Positions 62,868 to 64,000 of a DNA stretch of 64,000 bases are shown piece after piece. The position numbers and the translations under genes were made by a program. The notes under the pieces were generated by a model. The model did not search any database. It saw nothing but the letters and a program-made list of their open reading frames with translations, and was not told the origin of the DNA. Numbering within the stretch: the stretch's first letter is position 1; each line of letters begins with the position of its first letter. This stretch comes from Deltaproteobacteria bacterium (GTDB taxonomy: Bacteria > Desulfobacterota > Desulfobaccia > Desulfobaccales > 0-14-0-80-60-11): positions 98 through 64,097 of the forward strand of contig VGSQ01000002.1 in the NCBI GenBank assembly GCA_016874975.1. The letters are read 5' to 3'.

Positions 62868-64000
62868 TCAGTTCAAAGCCACCCAATCGGAGCTGGTGGC
62901 GCCTTTGGCCTTGTACCATTTGCCGTTGGTGGTATCCAACAGCTCCTCGCCGATGAAATAGGGGGTGACGCCGCTGGGCGCGCCGCTGCTGGTACGATAG
63001 CCCGTCTGGCCGCCCACCACCCAGGTCCCCGGCGCGCCCGCCGCGGTGCAGACCCAGTGGGTCGCCTTGCCCGCGTCCGGGCTGGAATTCAGCCGCACGT
63101 CCCCCTTGTTGCCGGAAATCCTGAGGCCCGTGCCGGACAGGGTCGCCTGCACCGGGTCTTTGAGATAGACCGCGCTCAGGTCCCACTCCATCTGCACGAT
63201 CTGGGTGGTGAGGTTCCCCCCGGAGGGCCCCGCCCCGGTGATGACCACCGTGTCCCCCCGGCAGAAGGTGGAGGGATTGGTGACATTGGTCAGCTTATAG
63301 GGCGTGGCCGTGCTGGTGTTGCAGGTCTGGTTGGCCGGGATGGCCGAAGCCACCGCCAGGCGCAGGCCGTAGAGGTAATATTGCCGCAGGAACAGGGAGG
63401 GCGTGATGAGCCCGCCGATGGTGGAGATGAAGCCGTCGTTCTTGTACTCCTGGCTCAGGCCGACGATGCCGTCGTCGTAGTACCGATGATTCACCACGCC
63501 GCCGAAGGAGCTCACCCCTTTGGTGCCCACCGCCACGCCGTTGGGCCCCTCGGTCACCATGGCGCCGCCGGCGGTGGGGGTAGACATGAAGATGGCCGGC
63601 CCCTCCAGGTCAGCCTTCCCCAGACCCGCCACTTCGGTGCAGGCCTGGCTGTCGGTCCGGTTGGGAATCACCGTCCGGTCCTTGTACAGCACTGAGTCGC
63701 CGGAATCGGCATAGCTGATGCTGCTCATTTTCAGGGAGATGACCCCGGTGCCGCTGCCGGAGGCGCCCACCAGGTAGCTCGGGTTTTTCAGGTGCAACTG
63801 GCAATCGGTGAAGGTGATGTGGTTATACCGGGGGTACATGGCGCCATCCCGGAAGTTGACGCCGTAGCTGGTGGCGTTCAGGCCTTCAAGCCAGCAGCGG
63901 TCAAAGTAAAGCTGCACCGTCTGGTGGCTCACGTCCACGTAGGCGGTGCTGGTGAAGCCGCCGAAGTCGTCGGCGGTCAGGCCGGAAAAGGTGGCGTGGG
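62868..64000 (-). CDS. Beta-helix (pectate-lyase/tailspike-like) protein, partial (5' end outside window)
   Basis: The frame stays open to the window edge. Gly/Thr/Ser/Asn-rich repetitive beta-strand-like sequence, ending ...FIGEELLDTTNGKWYKAKGATSSDWVALN, which is reminiscent of tail-fibre/tailspike C-termini. Assignment is weak. Confidence 0.45.
   Translation of the reverse strand, partial: HATFSGLTADDFGGFTSTAYVDVSHQTVQLYFDRCWLEGLNATSYGVNFRDGAMYPRYNHITFTDCQLHLKNPSYLVGASGSGTGVISLKMSSISYADSGDSVLYKDRTVIPNRTDSQACTEVAGLGKADLEGPAIFMSTPTAGGAMVTEGPNGVAVGTKGVSSFGGVVNHRYYDDGIVGLSQEYKNDGFISTIGGLITPSLFLRQYYLYGLRLAVASAIPANQTCNTSTATPYKLTNVTNPSTFCRGDTVVITGAGPSGGNLTTQIVQMEWDLSAVYLKDPVQATLSGTGLRISGNKGDVRLNSSPDAGKATHWVCTAAGAPGTWVVGGQTGYRTSSGAPSGVTPYFIGEELLDTTNGKWYKAKGATSSDWVALN

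Overview
GC-rich bacterial chromosomal window (38/60 G+C hand-counted at 15841-15900). The gene content suggests an anaerobic, Desulfobacterota-like organism; this is inference only. Core genes, in order: a surface-polysaccharide cluster (aminotransferase, Wzx-like flippase, two GT4 enzymes, a polytopic membrane protein); an FGE-domain protein; a stand-alone CODH catalytic subunit (cooS); an RsbW-like/GNAT fusion; guaA; holB plus a PSP1 protein; a YihY protein; a P-type ATPase; a TreT-like GT4; UPF0182; a 1104-aa TPR-CHAT protein; gap; a ModE-like regulator with tupABC; a PAS histidine kinase with two response regulators; a heme-sensor GGDEF cyclase; exported MsrA/MsrB; a radical SAM/SPASM enzyme with an O-antigen-ligase-like protein; and Kef and K+ channel genes. 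I saw no rRNA, tRNA or CRISPR array by eye. Main points for follow-up: (1) a sharply AT-rich ~1-kb islet between guaA and holB carries a GrlR-like gene and a stand-alone RelA/SpoT synthetase-domain gene. This is a candidate toxSAS-type toxin-antitoxin or defence pair with a partner fold I do not know to be described. (2) MsrA has an in-frame TGA at the catalytic Cys position followed by a SECIS-like hairpin, so it is probably a selenoprotein that the ORF track splits in two. (3) The radical SAM gene is bracketed by mirror-ordered inverted arrays of tandem heptamers. (4) Intergenic regions are dense with modular hairpin repeats that show compensatory stem substitutions. (5) Decayed mobile DNA is present: a 5'-truncated group II intron with an intact domain V inside a ParB-like gene, an IS630-type transposase remnant, and a 5'-truncated pfkB. 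(6) A second AT-rich islet holds a gene broken at an A8 tract. Many long ORFs antisense to real genes are high-GC artefacts and were rejected.
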